NCBI GenBank assembly: GCA_963765205.1
Contig: CAVXVB010000009.1
Location: 128,001 to 192,000 of the forward strand
Direction: 5' to 3'
DNA: 64,000 nucleotides
Origin: an uncultured Verrucomicrobiae bacterium
Lineage (GTDB): Bacteria; Verrucomicrobiota; Verrucomicrobiia; Opitutales; JABDGR01
A program made the position numbers and the translations under genes. Of the stretch, positions 45,426 to 55,381 are shown piece after piece. A model generated the notes under the pieces. The model was given only the letters and a program-made list of their open reading frames with translations, searched no databases and was not told the origin of the DNA. The stretch's first letter is position 1; each line of letters starts with the position of its first letter.

Positions 45426-48155
45426 TCAGTTCGCGGCCGGGGGTTCGACCGCCGGTGGCGACGGTTCGGCGAAAGATGGGGCAGTCGTTTCACCCGACGC
45501 TTCGGCGGGGTGGTCGGCAAATGGGAGTGGTTCTTCGAGGTCGAGGCGCACGTCGCCGTTTTCGGGCGCGGGGGCCGGCTCCTGGTTTTCGATGGCGTCG
45601 GCGGTGACTTGCTTGACTTCGCCTTGGAGGTCCACCAAGTCGCTGAGCGAGCGGAAAAAGCTCTGGATGTCGGTGAGGTCGGCGAGATCGCCGACGACGC
45701 GGTCGAAAAGGGCGCGTTTCTCGGCCTTGAGGCGCTGGATGCGCTCCTCGATAGTGCCAACGGCGATCATGCGGTAAACGAACACGGTGCGGTCCTGGCC
45801 GAGGCGGTGGACGCGGTCAATCGCCTGTTCCTCGACGGCCGGGTTCCACCAGGGGTCGAGCAGGAAGACATAATCGGCGGCATGCAGCGTGATGCCGGTG
45901 CCGCCCGCGCGCAGGCTCACCAGCATGATGCCGGCGCCCGAGGCGGCCTGGAAACCTTCCACCGGCTTCTCGCGGTCGAGCGTCTGGCCTGTCAGTTCCC
46001 AGAGCGGGAGGCCGGGGAAGCGCGCCTCAATCAGCGCGCGCGCGCGGCGGAGCAATGACACAAATTGCGAGAAGATGACGACCTTGTGGCCGCCGGCAAT
46101 GACTTCGTCGAGGCGCTCGGCGAGGACGTTGAGCTTGCCGCTGTTTTCCACCGGGGTGTTGAGCCAGGGCAAAAGCGCGGGGTCGCAACAGGCCTGGCGC
46201 AGGCGGGTGAGCAAAGTCAGCAGGGTCAACGGGCGCTCGCGCGCGGCGGCGGCCAAGTCCTGGCCGAGCGCGCCGACGCCTTCGCGGACCAGCCGCGTGT
46301 ATTCCTCGCGCTGCACATCGGTCAGCGGGCAGACCAGTTCCATCTCGACCTTGTTGGGCAGCTCCTTGGCGACTTCGCGCTTGGTGCGCCGGAGGACGAA
46401 GGGCGCGATTTGCTTGCGCAAGTGGTCGCGCTGGGCGGCGGCGTTGCGCAGCGATTCCGTCTCGAACGCTTTGCGCGGGCCGAGCAGGCCGGGCATGAGG
46501 TAGCGGAAGAGCGTCCACAAATCGAGCGGGCGGTTTTCGAGCGGGGTGCCGGTCAGGGCGATGCGGTGGCGGGCGCGCAGGCGCAGGCAGGCCTGGGTCG
46601 CCTTGGCCTCGGGGTTTTTGATGAACTGGGCCTCGTCGAGCACGGCGTAGCCAAACTCGACCTTGTCCAAAATGAGTTTGTGGCGGCGCAACTGTGTGTA
46701 ACTTGCCAGCCAGAGGGCCGGCTTGCGGTGCTCCGCGAAATCGTGCCCGGCCTTGAGCACTTCTACTTGCAAGTGCGGAAAGAACCGCGCCACTTCATGC
46801 CGCCAGACCGGCACCACGCTGGCTGGGCAGACGATGAGGTTGGGCCGGTCGCCCAAGCTGCGGATATTCAGCAGACTCAAAACTTGCAGGGTTTTGCCCA
46901 GTCCCATTTCGTCGGCGAGCAGGCCGTGGCAGCCGCATTCGCACAAATGGCGCAGCCATTTGACGCCCTGCGCTTGGTAGGGCCGCAAAAACGGCGGCAG
47001 CCCGTCAATGGACCAATCGGGTTTGTAGAGCGCGTCCTTCCAGGCTTGCAGTTCGGGGCTGACCTGCACATGGCCGGCCTCTCGGGCAAAGACCGATAGG
47101 AGCATGTAATTGGGCAGGCCGCCGGAAAGGCGCTTGTCGAGGACGTGGTGCCAATCGGCCAAAATTTCCGCCTGATCCTGGGGCAGGCGCACCAGCCCGC
47201 GACCCGCGATGAAACTCGTGCCCGGCCCGCGCCGCACCAGCCGCCGCGCCTCCTCGGGCGTCAACCACTCGTCGCCCACGCGCAAATCCCACTGGAAAGC
47301 CAGCCGCGCACGGCCCTTGGCCACGGCCCGGCCCGTCAATTCCGTCTCGCGCAAACCGCGCGTGAGGGCGTTGACCGCTGGGTCCACCTCCACCGTGAAA
47401 TAATTGTGCCAGTTCTTCAGCTCAGAGCGCAGGAACCCTGGCGCCTTGTCCCATTCCCCCATCACATAACAGGCCCGCGCGCTCTGAAAATGGAAGCCCG
47501 CCCGCCGCGCCAGGCTCGCGAGGCGGATCATCTTCTCGCGCTCCGGACCGGAAAGTTCCAGCCCTTCAGCCGCCTTGCCAAACGCCGCCTGTTTCTCGGT
47601 GGCCGCTTGTGGACCGGTTTTTTTAACCCAGAAGGCGTCGCAGGCCAAACCCGCATCGTTAACGGACAATGCCAGCATCAACTGGCGCACGCCTTCTACC
47701 GGGACTACGGAGACGATGGCGGGTGCCGCAGCGGAGGGCACCGGAGCGTCGGGCGGGTGGCCGTTGCCGTTGGCCGGCGCCGTAATTTCACGCCCCGCCG
47801 GTCGTTTGTCCGGCGGCAGCGGCGAGGCCTCCTCGGCGACCAATTCCTCAATTTCGTAGAGTCCGGCCACGGCCAGGGCGCGACCCTCGTCCTCGGCCGC
47901 CACGGAGGCGCGCACATGCAATTTGCCCTGCGGCCATTCAAGCACGACGTAACTCTCGCGCTCGTCCATGCGTCCATGAATGATGGCGTCGGCCTCAGTC
48001 AATTCCATCTCGCGCACGCAGCCTTGGCGATACCAAGCGCGCCCGCGGTCGAGGACCTCGGGCGTGAAATCGCTTTCCCACGGGACGGTGAGACGCTGGA
48101 ACCAGGCTTCCAGCGCGCCGGCGCGGTAAATGCGCTTCGGGGGGCGGGCGGGCAT
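45426..48155 (-). CDS. SNF2/HepA-family helicase
   Basis: LADEMGLGKT, DEAQFIKN, LTGTPLEN, DPWWNPAVE.QAIDRVHRLGQ. Confidence 0.95.
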   Translation of the reverse strand: MPARPPKRIYRAGALEAWFQRLTVPWESDFTPEVLDRGRAWYRQGCVREMELTEADAIIHGRMDERESYVVLEWPQGKLHVRASVAAEDEGRALAVAGLYEIEELVAEEASPLPPDKRPAGREITAPANGNGHPPDAPVPSAAAPAIVSVVPVEGVRQLMLALSVNDAGLACDAFWVKKTGPQAATEKQAAFGKAAEGLELSGPEREKMIRLASLARRAGFHFQSARACYVMGEWDKAPGFLRSELKNWHNYFTVEVDPAVNALTRGLRETELTGRAVAKGRARLAFQWDLRVGDEWLTPEEARRLVRRGPGTSFIAGRGLVRLPQDQAEILADWHHVLDKRLSGGLPNYMLLSVFAREAGHVQVSPELQAWKDALYKPDWSIDGLPPFLRPYQAQGVKWLRHLCECGCHGLLADEMGLGKTLQVLSLLNIRSLGDRPNLIVCPASVVPVWRHEVARFFPHLQVEVLKAGHDFAEHRKPALWLASYTQLRRHKLILDKVEFGYAVLDEAQFIKNPEAKATQACLRLRARHRIALTGTPLENRPLDLWTLFRYLMPGLLGPRKAFETESLRNAAAQRDHLRKQIAPFVLRRTKREVAKELPNKVEMELVCPLTDVQREEYTRLVREGVGALGQDLAAAARERPLTLLTLLTRLRQACCDPALLPWLNTPVENSGKLNVLAERLDEVIAGGHKVVIFSQFVSLLRRARALIEARFPGLPLWELTGQTLDREKPVEGFQAASGAGIMLVSLRAGGTGITLHAADYVFLLDPWWNPAVEEQAIDRVHRLGQDRTVFVYRMIAVGTIEERIQRLKAEKRALFDRVVGDLADLTDIQSFFRSLSDLVDLQGEVKQVTADAIENQEPAPAPENGDVRLDLEEPLPFADHPAEASGETTAPSFAEPSPPAVEPPAAN

Positions 48156-48301
48156 TCGGGGGGTGTGGTCGGGGGGCTAATTTGCAGCGCCAGGCATTGG
48201 CGGATGTCCACCGCCCAACCCCGCAAAAAAATATCTCGTCATTAAAACATTCCCCGCGCGGCATGGCAATGGATTTACTTTTGCGAAATGAGTTTTTACG
48301 T

Positions 48302-48329
48302 TTGCCACCGAGGTGGATTTTGCTAGACT
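48302..48329 (+). promoter_or_regulatory. Candidate sigma70 promoter for tRNA-Asp
   Basis: TTGCCA-16nt-TAGACT with TGn extended -10. Confidence 0.45.
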
Positions 48330-48428
48330 GACCGTTTGGGCGCATTCATTCCCGCCAGACGGAGATCACTAACCGTCCTTGACATCCAACACTGAAGCGG
48401 CTTAGTTGGACAGCTTGCCAAGAGCAAA

Positions 48429-48505
48429 GGGGTGGTAGTTCAGTTGGTTAGAACGCCTGCCTGTCACGCAGGAGGTCGCGGGTTCGAGTCCCGTCCATCC
48501 CGCCA
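48429..48505 (+). tRNA. tRNA-Asp(GTC)
   Basis: GGGGTGG/CCATCCC acceptor stem, cctgc-ctGTCac-gcagg anticodon arm, GGTTCGAGTCC T arm, encoded CCA. Confidence 0.97.
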
Positions 48506-48576
48506 TTTATCCCATTGAGGGACAATGGCTTAAAAAAAGTGACAACGGATTTGCCAGTTGACGTGGCAAATCGGTC

Positions 48577-48697
48577 ATGAATGCAGACACTCCGTTCGTC
48601 GTTTCTCAATTCACGAATCCCTCCGGGGAAATCGTTTTTCGCGTCTCTGGCTGGTTGGATGGTCAGCGTGTGAGAAAGAATTTTCCCACGCGCGAAG
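48577..48697 (+). pseudogene. Probable integrase N-terminal remnant
   Basis: FVVSQFTNPSGEIVFRVSGWLDGQRVRKNFPTRE resembles an arm-binding domain; 70 nt after a tRNA; no catalytic domain follows. Confidence 0.55.
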
Positions 48698-48788
48698 GCA
48701 GCGCGACGGGGCCTTGCTTCGCGCTCTGTCTCTTTGGGAGGGAGGGTAAGACCCCCATGGTGTTTTCGGCTCTTTCGGAGTATGGTTC

Positions 48789-48995
48789 ATGATGGATGCC
48801 AAGCACATTTTCCCTTTGGCCAATGTCCGCTGGATATTCTTTGCCGTGTTGCCGGGTATTTTGATGTTGTCCGGTTGTGTTGTGGCGCCGGCTGGCGAAG
48901 TGGTGGCTCCAGAGCCAGCGGAAGTGGTGGTTGCTCCCGAACCTGTTTTCGTAGGGCCCCCCGTGATAATTGGCGGCCATTATTACCGGCGTTGA
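48789..48995 (+). CDS. Small Val/Pro-rich lipoprotein
   Basis: LSGC lipobox then VVAP repeats. Confidence 0.65.
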   Translation: MMDAKHIFPLANVRWIFFAVLPGILMLSGCVVAPAGEVVAPEPAEVVVAPEPVFVGPPVIIGGHYYRR

Positions 48996-49045
48996 GTTCA
49001 CCAGTGTGTGGGGATGGAATTGGCGCAGTGCAGCCATCGCTAAAT

Positions 49046-50245
49046 ATGAACCTGCCGATCCACATTGAATTTCCCGACGCAGCGAGGAGTTCCCGGCGGG
49101 CACGCCTGATCTGCCGGGAATGCGGGCACGCCCATACGCAGGTGTCGCTGGTTCCCGGGGAAACAGCCCGGTGTGTGCGGTGCAACTCCGTGCTGGCGAA
49201 GAAGGGCTGGTTTGGCGAGGACGCCGTGCTTGCATTTACGGTCACCGGTCTCCTGATCATCCCGCCGTCAATATTGTTCTCATTTGTAACCGTCAGCAAA
49301 TTGGGTGATGAGCAGGTGAGTTTGCTTTTCACCGACGTGCGGGCTCTCTGGCAAGACGGAATGCCGCTGTTGGCAGTTTGGGTGTTGGTGTGCGGCGGTT
49401 TGGCGCCGATTTTTTTGCTTTGCAGCTTGGCGGGCCTGCTTGTGCCGGATCGGTTGGGTTGGAAGCCGGTCGCAAGGCAGCGATTGTTACGGGCTGCGCG
49501 GGCGGTGGCCTATTGGGCGATTCCGGAGGTGCAAGTGCTCGCCGTGCTCGTGGCCCTGGCCAAGCTGGGGCATGTCGTCCATGTGACTTTGGGCCCCGGC
49601 TTCTGGTGTTATGCGGCATTAGCGGTGGTGACGATGCTGGCCTGGCGCAGTTTCGAACTGGATGCCCCGGCTGGCGCAACACCCCATCCCCGCAACTCCT
49701 ATAACCCTGACATAAAACTATTCCCATCAGTTCCCGGGTCAAAAAATCTTTCGCGAGTCGCCGCGCTGGCCTTGGCCGCCGCCATCATGCTGGTGCCGGC
49801 CAACCTGATACCGATCATCTACACGCAAAACGCCGGGAAGATCCGCACCGATACCATTTTCACTGGCATTGTCGGTTTGTGCCAGCAAGGCTGGTGGATG
49901 CTCGGGGTAATTGTGTTCATCGCCAGCATTCTTATTCCGCTGCTTAAACTGGGTGGCTTGGGCTGGTTGTGGCTCGTGGCCCGGCGAGGCCCGGATGTGC
50001 AGGCCCGCCCCCTGACGCGCCTGTATGGGATGCTCAGTATCATTGGCCGCTGGTCTATGCTTGATGTTTTTCTCGTCGCCTTCCTGACGGGCGTCGTGCA
50101 ATTCGGCAATCTGGCCAAGGTTGAGCCACGCAGCGGCGTCGCCGCATTTGCGGCGGCGGTGGTTTTGACGGTGCTGGCCACGGAGGCCTTCGATCCCCGC
50201 GGCCTGTGGGAGCGGTCCGATCATTCACCGCCCGACACGACATGA
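49046..50245 (+). CDS. pqiA: PqiA/YebS(LetA)-family inner membrane protein
   Basis: CRECG..ARCVRC zinc ribbon; WAIPEV; PANLIP; IGRWSMLDVF; FDPR.LW. Confidence 0.92.
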   Translation: MNLPIHIEFPDAARSSRRARLICRECGHAHTQVSLVPGETARCVRCNSVLAKKGWFGEDAVLAFTVTGLLIIPPSILFSFVTVSKLGDEQVSLLFTDVRALWQDGMPLLAVWVLVCGGLAPIFLLCSLAGLLVPDRLGWKPVARQRLLRAARAVAYWAIPEVQVLAVLVALAKLGHVVHVTLGPGFWCYAALAVVTMLAWRSFELDAPAGATPHPRNSYNPDIKLFPSVPGSKNLSRVAALALAAAIMLVPANLIPIIYTQNAGKIRTDTIFTGIVGLCQQGWWMLGVIVFIASILIPLLKLGGLGWLWLVARRGPDVQARPLTRLYGMLSIIGRWSMLDVFLVAFLTGVVQFGNLAKVEPRSGVAAFAAAVVLTVLATEAFDPRGLWERSDHSPPDTT

Positions 50246-51156
50246 AACCGCTCGACATGCCCAAAATTTCCCGCGCCTCCACACTGCCGCTGGTATGGGT
50301 GGTGCCGTTGCTGGCCCTGGCCATCGGCGGCTGGATGATTTTACGTGAGGTGCTCAATCATGGCCTGGAGATTACCGTTGAATTTGCGGATGCGTCGGGG
50401 GTGGAGGCCGGCAAGACCATCCTCCAATACAAGGGGGTGGCCATCGGCGAGGTGCAAAACGTGGAATTAATAAAAGACCAAAGCGCCGTGGCGGTGCGCG
50501 TGCGCCTGGACAAAGACGCCGCGGACCTCGCGCGCCAGGGCACTCGATTCTGGATCGTCCATCCCCAAATTGATTTTTCCGGTGTGCGCGGGCTCGAAAC
50601 GCTTGTCACCGGCGCCTATCTGGCCATCCAGCCGGGTGCGGGGCCGCCGGCCACCGAATTCAAAGGGATTGACGAACCCCCGCCGGCTGAAAACAGCGAT
50701 TGGGGACGAGCGTTCATCTTGCGAAGCGACAAGCTCGGTGCGATCACCTCCGCATCCCCCGTCTATTTTCGAGGGCTGAAAGTCGGCGCGGTGGAAGCCA
50801 GCCGGCTCAGCGACGACTCCACCCAGGTGTTGATCCGCATTCGCATTTACACGCAGTATGCCGATTTGGTGCGCACCAACACTGAATTCTGGAATGCCGG
50901 CGGCTTGTCCTTGAAAATGGGCTTGTTAGGAATGGAGATCAGTACCACGTCCGTCGAGTCACTCGTCGTGGGTGGCGTGGCCTTGGCGACCCCGGGAGGC
51001 GACCTGGCACCGCCGGCCGCGGATGGCGCTGAATTCATCCTCCACGATGCAGCGCCCAAAGACTGGTTAACGTGGCAACCTAAAATACCTGTCCACCCGC
51101 CGGAAAGCATCCCGGCCTCCCCGGTTCGCGACGGAGGAATTCCTTTCCTGCATTAG
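50242..51156 (+). CDS. PqiB/LetB-like protein with two MCE domains
   Basis: VWVVPL, GKT..YKGV.IG.V, FWIV.P, GLETLVTGAY; second SPVYFRGLKVG..FWNAGG; ATGA overlap with pqiA. Confidence 0.88.
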   Translation: MKPLDMPKISRASTLPLVWVVPLLALAIGGWMILREVLNHGLEITVEFADASGVEAGKTILQYKGVAIGEVQNVELIKDQSAVAVRVRLDKDAADLARQGTRFWIVHPQIDFSGVRGLETLVTGAYLAIQPGAGPPATEFKGIDEPPPAENSDWGRAFILRSDKLGAITSASPVYFRGLKVGAVEASRLSDDSTQVLIRIRIYTQYADLVRTNTEFWNAGGLSLKMGLLGMEISTTSVESLVVGGVALATPGGDLAPPAADGAEFILHDAAPKDWLTWQPKIPVHPPESIPASPVRDGGIPFLH

Positions 51157-51203
51157 GGTTACACCCCACTGGCGAGCCGGCCAGCCTGGGATACATTGTC
51201 ACT

Positions 51204-51575
51204 ATGAATGCCAAATTTTTTCTTCCTCGCAAGAGAATCAAATGCATGCTGGGCGCGGCGCTGGCCGCCCTGCTGGCGGGCTGTATTGTTGAGCCGGCCC
51301 GCCCAGTTTATGTGGCACCGGCGGCGGCCGGGACGGTAGTGGCGGCGGACGATTATATTTATTACCCCGACTATGAAGTGTATTATAATCAGACCACCGG
51401 GGTCTACTGGTATATGCAAGGCGGCGTATGGATGACCGGGCCGGTGGTGCCGGGCATCGCCATGGGGGTGCTGGTGGCTGCGCCCTCCATCCGGATGGAC
51501 TTTCATGATTCGCCGGCCAATCACCACGCTATGGTGATCGGGCGGTATCCGCGAGGCTGGCGGCCGCCCCGCTGA
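51204..51575 (+). CDS. Lipoprotein, Tyr-rich
   Basis: LLAGC lipobox; YIYYPDYEVYY..YWY..G.W. Confidence 0.75.
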   Translation: MNAKFFLPRKRIKCMLGAALAALLAGCIVEPARPVYVAPAAAGTVVAADDYIYYPDYEVYYNQTTGVYWYMQGGVWMTGPVVPGIAMGVLVAAPSIRMDFHDSPANHHAMVIGRYPRGWRPPR

Positions 51576-51655
51576 GGGGCGCCGATAAAATTAGCAGCAG
51601 CCAGCACGGAGGGCTGGTTGCAAGATCGAAAGCCGTAATTCCATGTTCCGGGCTT

Positions 51656-52402
51656 TCAGGTATTCGCGGCCGACCCCAGATGGGACACTTTGGTGCGAGC
51701 CTTGTGTTTAATCGCATTGTCCATCCGGGAATGCTGCTCCGGCGGGATGCCTGGGCCGGAATTCGTCAGCATCTCCAAGCGGGTAAACCCTTTTTCCAAC
51801 GCATAGCGAATGAGCTCAGCGGAAGTGTGCAGACCGAGCTTGGCCATCGTCCGGCAGCGGTGGTTGCGCACGGTGAGTTCGCTGAGATTCATCGCCGCCG
51901 CGATCTGCTCATTACTTAGTCCTCGGCCAAACAGCCCCAGCAAGGATTGTTCACGGGCGGAGAGGATTTTGTTGAATGCGGTTGGATCGTTGCGCTGGGC
52001 CAGGAGGGCCTTGTGGATGGACGCGGAAAAGTAGCGTTCGCCGCGCAAGACCGCCTGAATGGCCGCCGCCAACTGGTCAACGGTTTGTTCCTTCTTGTCC
52101 ATGAAGCCATGCAGCCTCGAATTCAATACCTGGTGCAGGGTGAACTCGTCGCTGTAGCCGGAAAGTCCAATAACTTTGCTGCGCCGGCAAACCGCCAAGA
52201 GGCTGTCAAGCACATCCAAGCCGTCGCGATCCGGCAATGCCAAATCGAGGATGATCAGGTCCGGCTGCCTGCCCTCACCCAAGGCCAAGCCTGAGGCCGC
52301 GTCGCCCGCACCCCAAACGCTGGAGCCGGGCACCGCCTTCCGGCAGGCTGCCACGAGCAGTTCGCGCATCAGCGCATGGTCATCAATGACGATGATTTTC
52401 AT
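51656..52402 (-). CDS. NarL/LuxR-family response regulator, orphan
   Basis: IVIDDH, ILDLALPD; LSARE..GLSNEQIA..LSELTVRNHR. Confidence 0.93.
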   Translation of the reverse strand: MKIIVIDDHALMRELLVAACRKAVPGSSVWGAGDAASGLALGEGRQPDLIILDLALPDRDGLDVLDSLLAVCRRSKVIGLSGYSDEFTLHQVLNSRLHGFMDKKEQTVDQLAAAIQAVLRGERYFSASIHKALLAQRNDPTAFNKILSAREQSLLGLFGRGLSNEQIAAAMNLSELTVRNHRCRTMAKLGLHTSAELIRYALEKGFTRLEMLTNSGPGIPPEQHSRMDNAIKHKARTKVSHLGSAANT

Positions 52403-52470
52403 GAAGCCGGAACTAAAAGAATTATAGTTCAGGTTTGCCCAAAGGGCAAGAACTGCCCTTCGTTAGATTA

Positions 52471-53325
52471 GAGGCTGTCCGAAAAGTAGGCCAGTCGGCA
52501 TGGAAGGTGCTTTCGGAGTGGGATGTTTATAACTGACAAACAATGGGAGATTATAAGTCCTGTGTTGCAACGGCCCAAGCGCAGCGTGTTTGGGCGGCCC
52601 CGGGCCAACGAGCGGGAGGTGTTCGAAGCCATCCTGTTCATGCTGCACACGGGCATGCCGTGGAAGCTGCTGCCACGCAGCTTTCCCCCCAAGTCCACCG
52701 TGCATGACTACCTGCAACAGTGGAGCCAGTCGCGGGCCTTCCGCATGCTGTTCGCCCAAGTTATCCGGCACTTGATTGAGGTTGGGCGCATCGATGTGGA
52801 AGAATGCTTCGTGGACGCCACCTTTGCGGCGGCCAAGGGCGGTGGTGACGCCGTGGGGCTGTCGCCCAAGGGCAAGGGCACGAAGGTGCAGTTAGTCGTT
52901 GATGGGCAAGGCATTCCGCTGGCGCTGTCGGTGGACGCCTCTGGCGTTCCCGAACACGACATGGTGCAGCAAACGCTCGACTTGGGCCAGCCCGAGGCCC
53001 AGCCGCAACGCCTCATCGGCGACAAGGCTTACGACGTGGATGAACTGGACGAAACCCTCGCCGAACTGGGCATCGAAATGATCGCCCCGCACCGCAAAAA
53101 CCGCCGGCCCGAAAACGTCACCCAGGACGGACGACCGCGGCGCCGCTACCGCCGCCGCTGGAGAGTCGAACGCACCATCGCCTGGCTGGGCTATCACCGT
53201 CGTTTGCTCACCCGCTGGGAAAAACACGCTTCGCTCTTCTGCGCTTTTGCCACGCTCGGCTGCCTCATGATCGCGCTACGTCATCTGCCCATCACTTGAC
53301 CAAAGCAGACTTTTCGGACAGCCCC
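52471..53325 (+). mobile_element. Complete IS5-family element, 855 bp (transposase 52523-53299)
   Basis: IRs gaggctgtccgaaaagt / acttttcggacagcccc (16/17), TA on both sides; DAT, GDKAYD, RW.VERTIAWL..RRL. Confidence 0.97.
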
Positions 53326-53987
53326 TAAGCATTTTCGAGAAGATCGATAACGTCCTGTGTAGTTAACTCATCCAATCGTTCCACCGCCCGGTCGCACTTT
53401 CCGCGCAGGCTTGCGACGGGGTTGGTGGTGCCGACGCCGATGCTTTTGAAGCCGCCGGCGCGGGCCGCTTCTAATCCTACGAAGGCGTCTTCGAAGACGA
53501 CGCATTGCGCGGGGGCACGGTTGATTTTTTGCGCGGCTTTGAGAAAGACTTCGGGGTGGGGCTTGCCGTGGGAGACGTCCTCGGCGCTGACGATGTCGGC
53601 GAAAAATCCGTGGAGGTTCGCGAGGGTCATGACGTGCTCGATGTTGAGGCGCGGGGTCGAGGAGCCAACGACGCAGGGCACGCCGGCGGCGCGCAGGCCT
53701 TCGAGCAACGCGCGCACGCCGGGCAGCGCCTGAATGCCGGTGGTTTTCAAAATCTCGCGGTAAAGCTCCTCCTTGCGCCGGCCGAGACGTTCGATTTCTA
53801 CGGGGTCGGTCGCCCAATGCAAAATATTCGGGATGATGAACTGGTTTTTGCGGCCGAAGCCGGCCTTGAAATGCCCGGGCGGGAGCACGCGCTGTTCCGC
53901 GACGGCGAGGAGGTCCCAGCTTTGCTCGTGGGCGGAGGAGGAATCAATGATGACGCCGTCCCAGTCGAAGATGGCGCCAATATTCAT
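53325..53987 (-). CDS. HAD-family phosphatase (beta-PGM-like)
   Basis: FDWDGVIIDS, GSST, KPHPEVF, FEDA..G. Confidence 0.93.
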   Translation of the reverse strand: MNIGAIFDWDGVIIDSSSAHEQSWDLLAVAEQRVLPPGHFKAGFGRKNQFIIPNILHWATDPVEIERLGRRKEELYREILKTTGIQALPGVRALLEGLRAAGVPCVVGSSTPRLNIEHVMTLANLHGFFADIVSAEDVSHGKPHPEVFLKAAQKINRAPAQCVVFEDAFVGLEAARAGGFKSIGVGTTNPVASLRGKCDRAVERLDELTTQDVIDLLENA

Positions 53988-54139
53988 GTGAGCAGCAGGA
54001 TGGTGGTTGGGATGGCTGGCGCAAGCAAATTGGTTACAGGTACTGGGGCGTGGGTTGCAAGTTGCAGGTTGCAAGTTGCAGGTTTGTGTGGAGGATTCTC
54101 AGTGCCTTTGTACCTCAGTCCCTTTGTCCCTTTGCCCCC

Positions 54140-55342
54140 ATGTCCACCCTCGCTGTTGTCAAACCCAAGGTGCGCGGTTTTGTGTGCGTGACGGCCCACC
54201 CGGCCGGCTGCGCAGCGCATGTGCGCGAGCAAATCGCCCATGTCCAGGCGCAGCCGCCGCTGGCGCGCGGGCCGAAGAAGGCGCTGATCATCGGGGCTTC
54301 GACGGGCTACGGGCTGGCGTCGCGCATCGCGGCGGCGTTTGGCGCGCGGGCGGCGACGTTCGGCGTGTTTTTCGAGCGGCCGGCGGAAAAGGGGCGGCCG
54401 GCCTCGGCGGGCTGGTATAACACCGTGGCCTTCGAGCAGGCGGCGCACGCCGCGGGCTTGTATGCGAAGAGCATCAACGGCGACGCTTATTCCGACGACA
54501 TCAAGTTGCAGGCCATCGCGCGGCTGAAGGAAGATCTCGGGCCGGTGGATTTAGTGGTTTACAGCCTGGCCTCGCCGCGGCGCACGGACCCGCGCTCGGG
54601 CGAAGTTTATAAATCCGTGCTCAAGCCCGTGGGCGCGCCATTCACCGCCAAGACCGTGGACACGGACAAGAAGGAAGTCCTGGACATCACGCTCGAACCC
54701 GCGAGCGCCGAGGACATCCGCCAGACGACCAAGACGATGGGCGGCGAGGATTGGGAACTGTGGCTCGACGCGCTGCGGCACCACGGCCTGCTCGCGCCCG
54801 GCGTGGTGACGGTCGCGTATTCCTACATTGGGCCGGAGGTGACGTATGCCATTTACCGCAACGGCACGATTGGAAAAGCCAAGGAGGATTTGGAAAACAC
54901 CGCCGCGCGGCTGACGGCGAAGCTCGCGGATTTTAAGGGCCGCGCGTGGGTCTCAGTCAACAAGGCGGTGGTGACGCAGGCCAGCTCGGCGATTCCCGTC
55001 GTGCCGTTGTATCTGGCGATTTTACTCAAGGTCATGGCCGAGAAAAAAGTGGACGAAGGCTGCATCGAGCAAATCCAGCGGTTGTTTGCGACGCTGCTCT
55101 ACCGCGCGGATGGCGCGCCGCCCGCCGCCGACGCCGCCGGGCGCCTGCGCGTGGACGATTGGGAAATGCGCCCCGACGTGCAGGAGTCGGTCAAAAAAAT
55201 CTGGCCGGAAGTCACCACGGCAAACCTTGCCACGCTGACCGCCTTCCCGCGCTACCAAAAGGAATTTCTGAAATTGTTCGGCTTCGGGCTGCCCGGCGTG
55301 AATTACGAGGCGGAGGTGGAGCTGGAAATTCCGTTGGAATGA
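54140..55342 (+). CDS. fabV: Enoyl-ACP / trans-2-enoyl-CoA reductase FabV
   Basis: AHPAGC, GASTGYGLASRI, YSLASPRR, MGGEDW, GTIGKAK. Confidence 0.95.
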   Translation: MSTLAVVKPKVRGFVCVTAHPAGCAAHVREQIAHVQAQPPLARGPKKALIIGASTGYGLASRIAAAFGARAATFGVFFERPAEKGRPASAGWYNTVAFEQAAHAAGLYAKSINGDAYSDDIKLQAIARLKEDLGPVDLVVYSLASPRRTDPRSGEVYKSVLKPVGAPFTAKTVDTDKKEVLDITLEPASAEDIRQTTKTMGGEDWELWLDALRHHGLLAPGVVTVAYSYIGPEVTYAIYRNGTIGKAKEDLENTAARLTAKLADFKGRAWVSVNKAVVTQASSAIPVVPLYLAILLKVMAEKKVDEGCIEQIQRLFATLLYRADGAPPAADAAGRLRVDDWEMRPDVQESVKKIWPEVTTANLATLTAFPRYQKEFLKLFGFGLPGVNYEAEVELEIPLE

Positions 55343-55381
55343 GGCTTGACGCCGCCGCCCAAGTAGATACATCATGTGTGT

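Noticed and set aside
45426..48155. SNF2 helicase as an anti-phage system
   Set aside because: No nuclease, methylase or other defence partner adjacent; context looks like core genome
15980..53325. Composite transposon bounded by the two IS5 copies
   Set aside because: The left copy lacks its outer IR and the interior is core genes plus a tRNA
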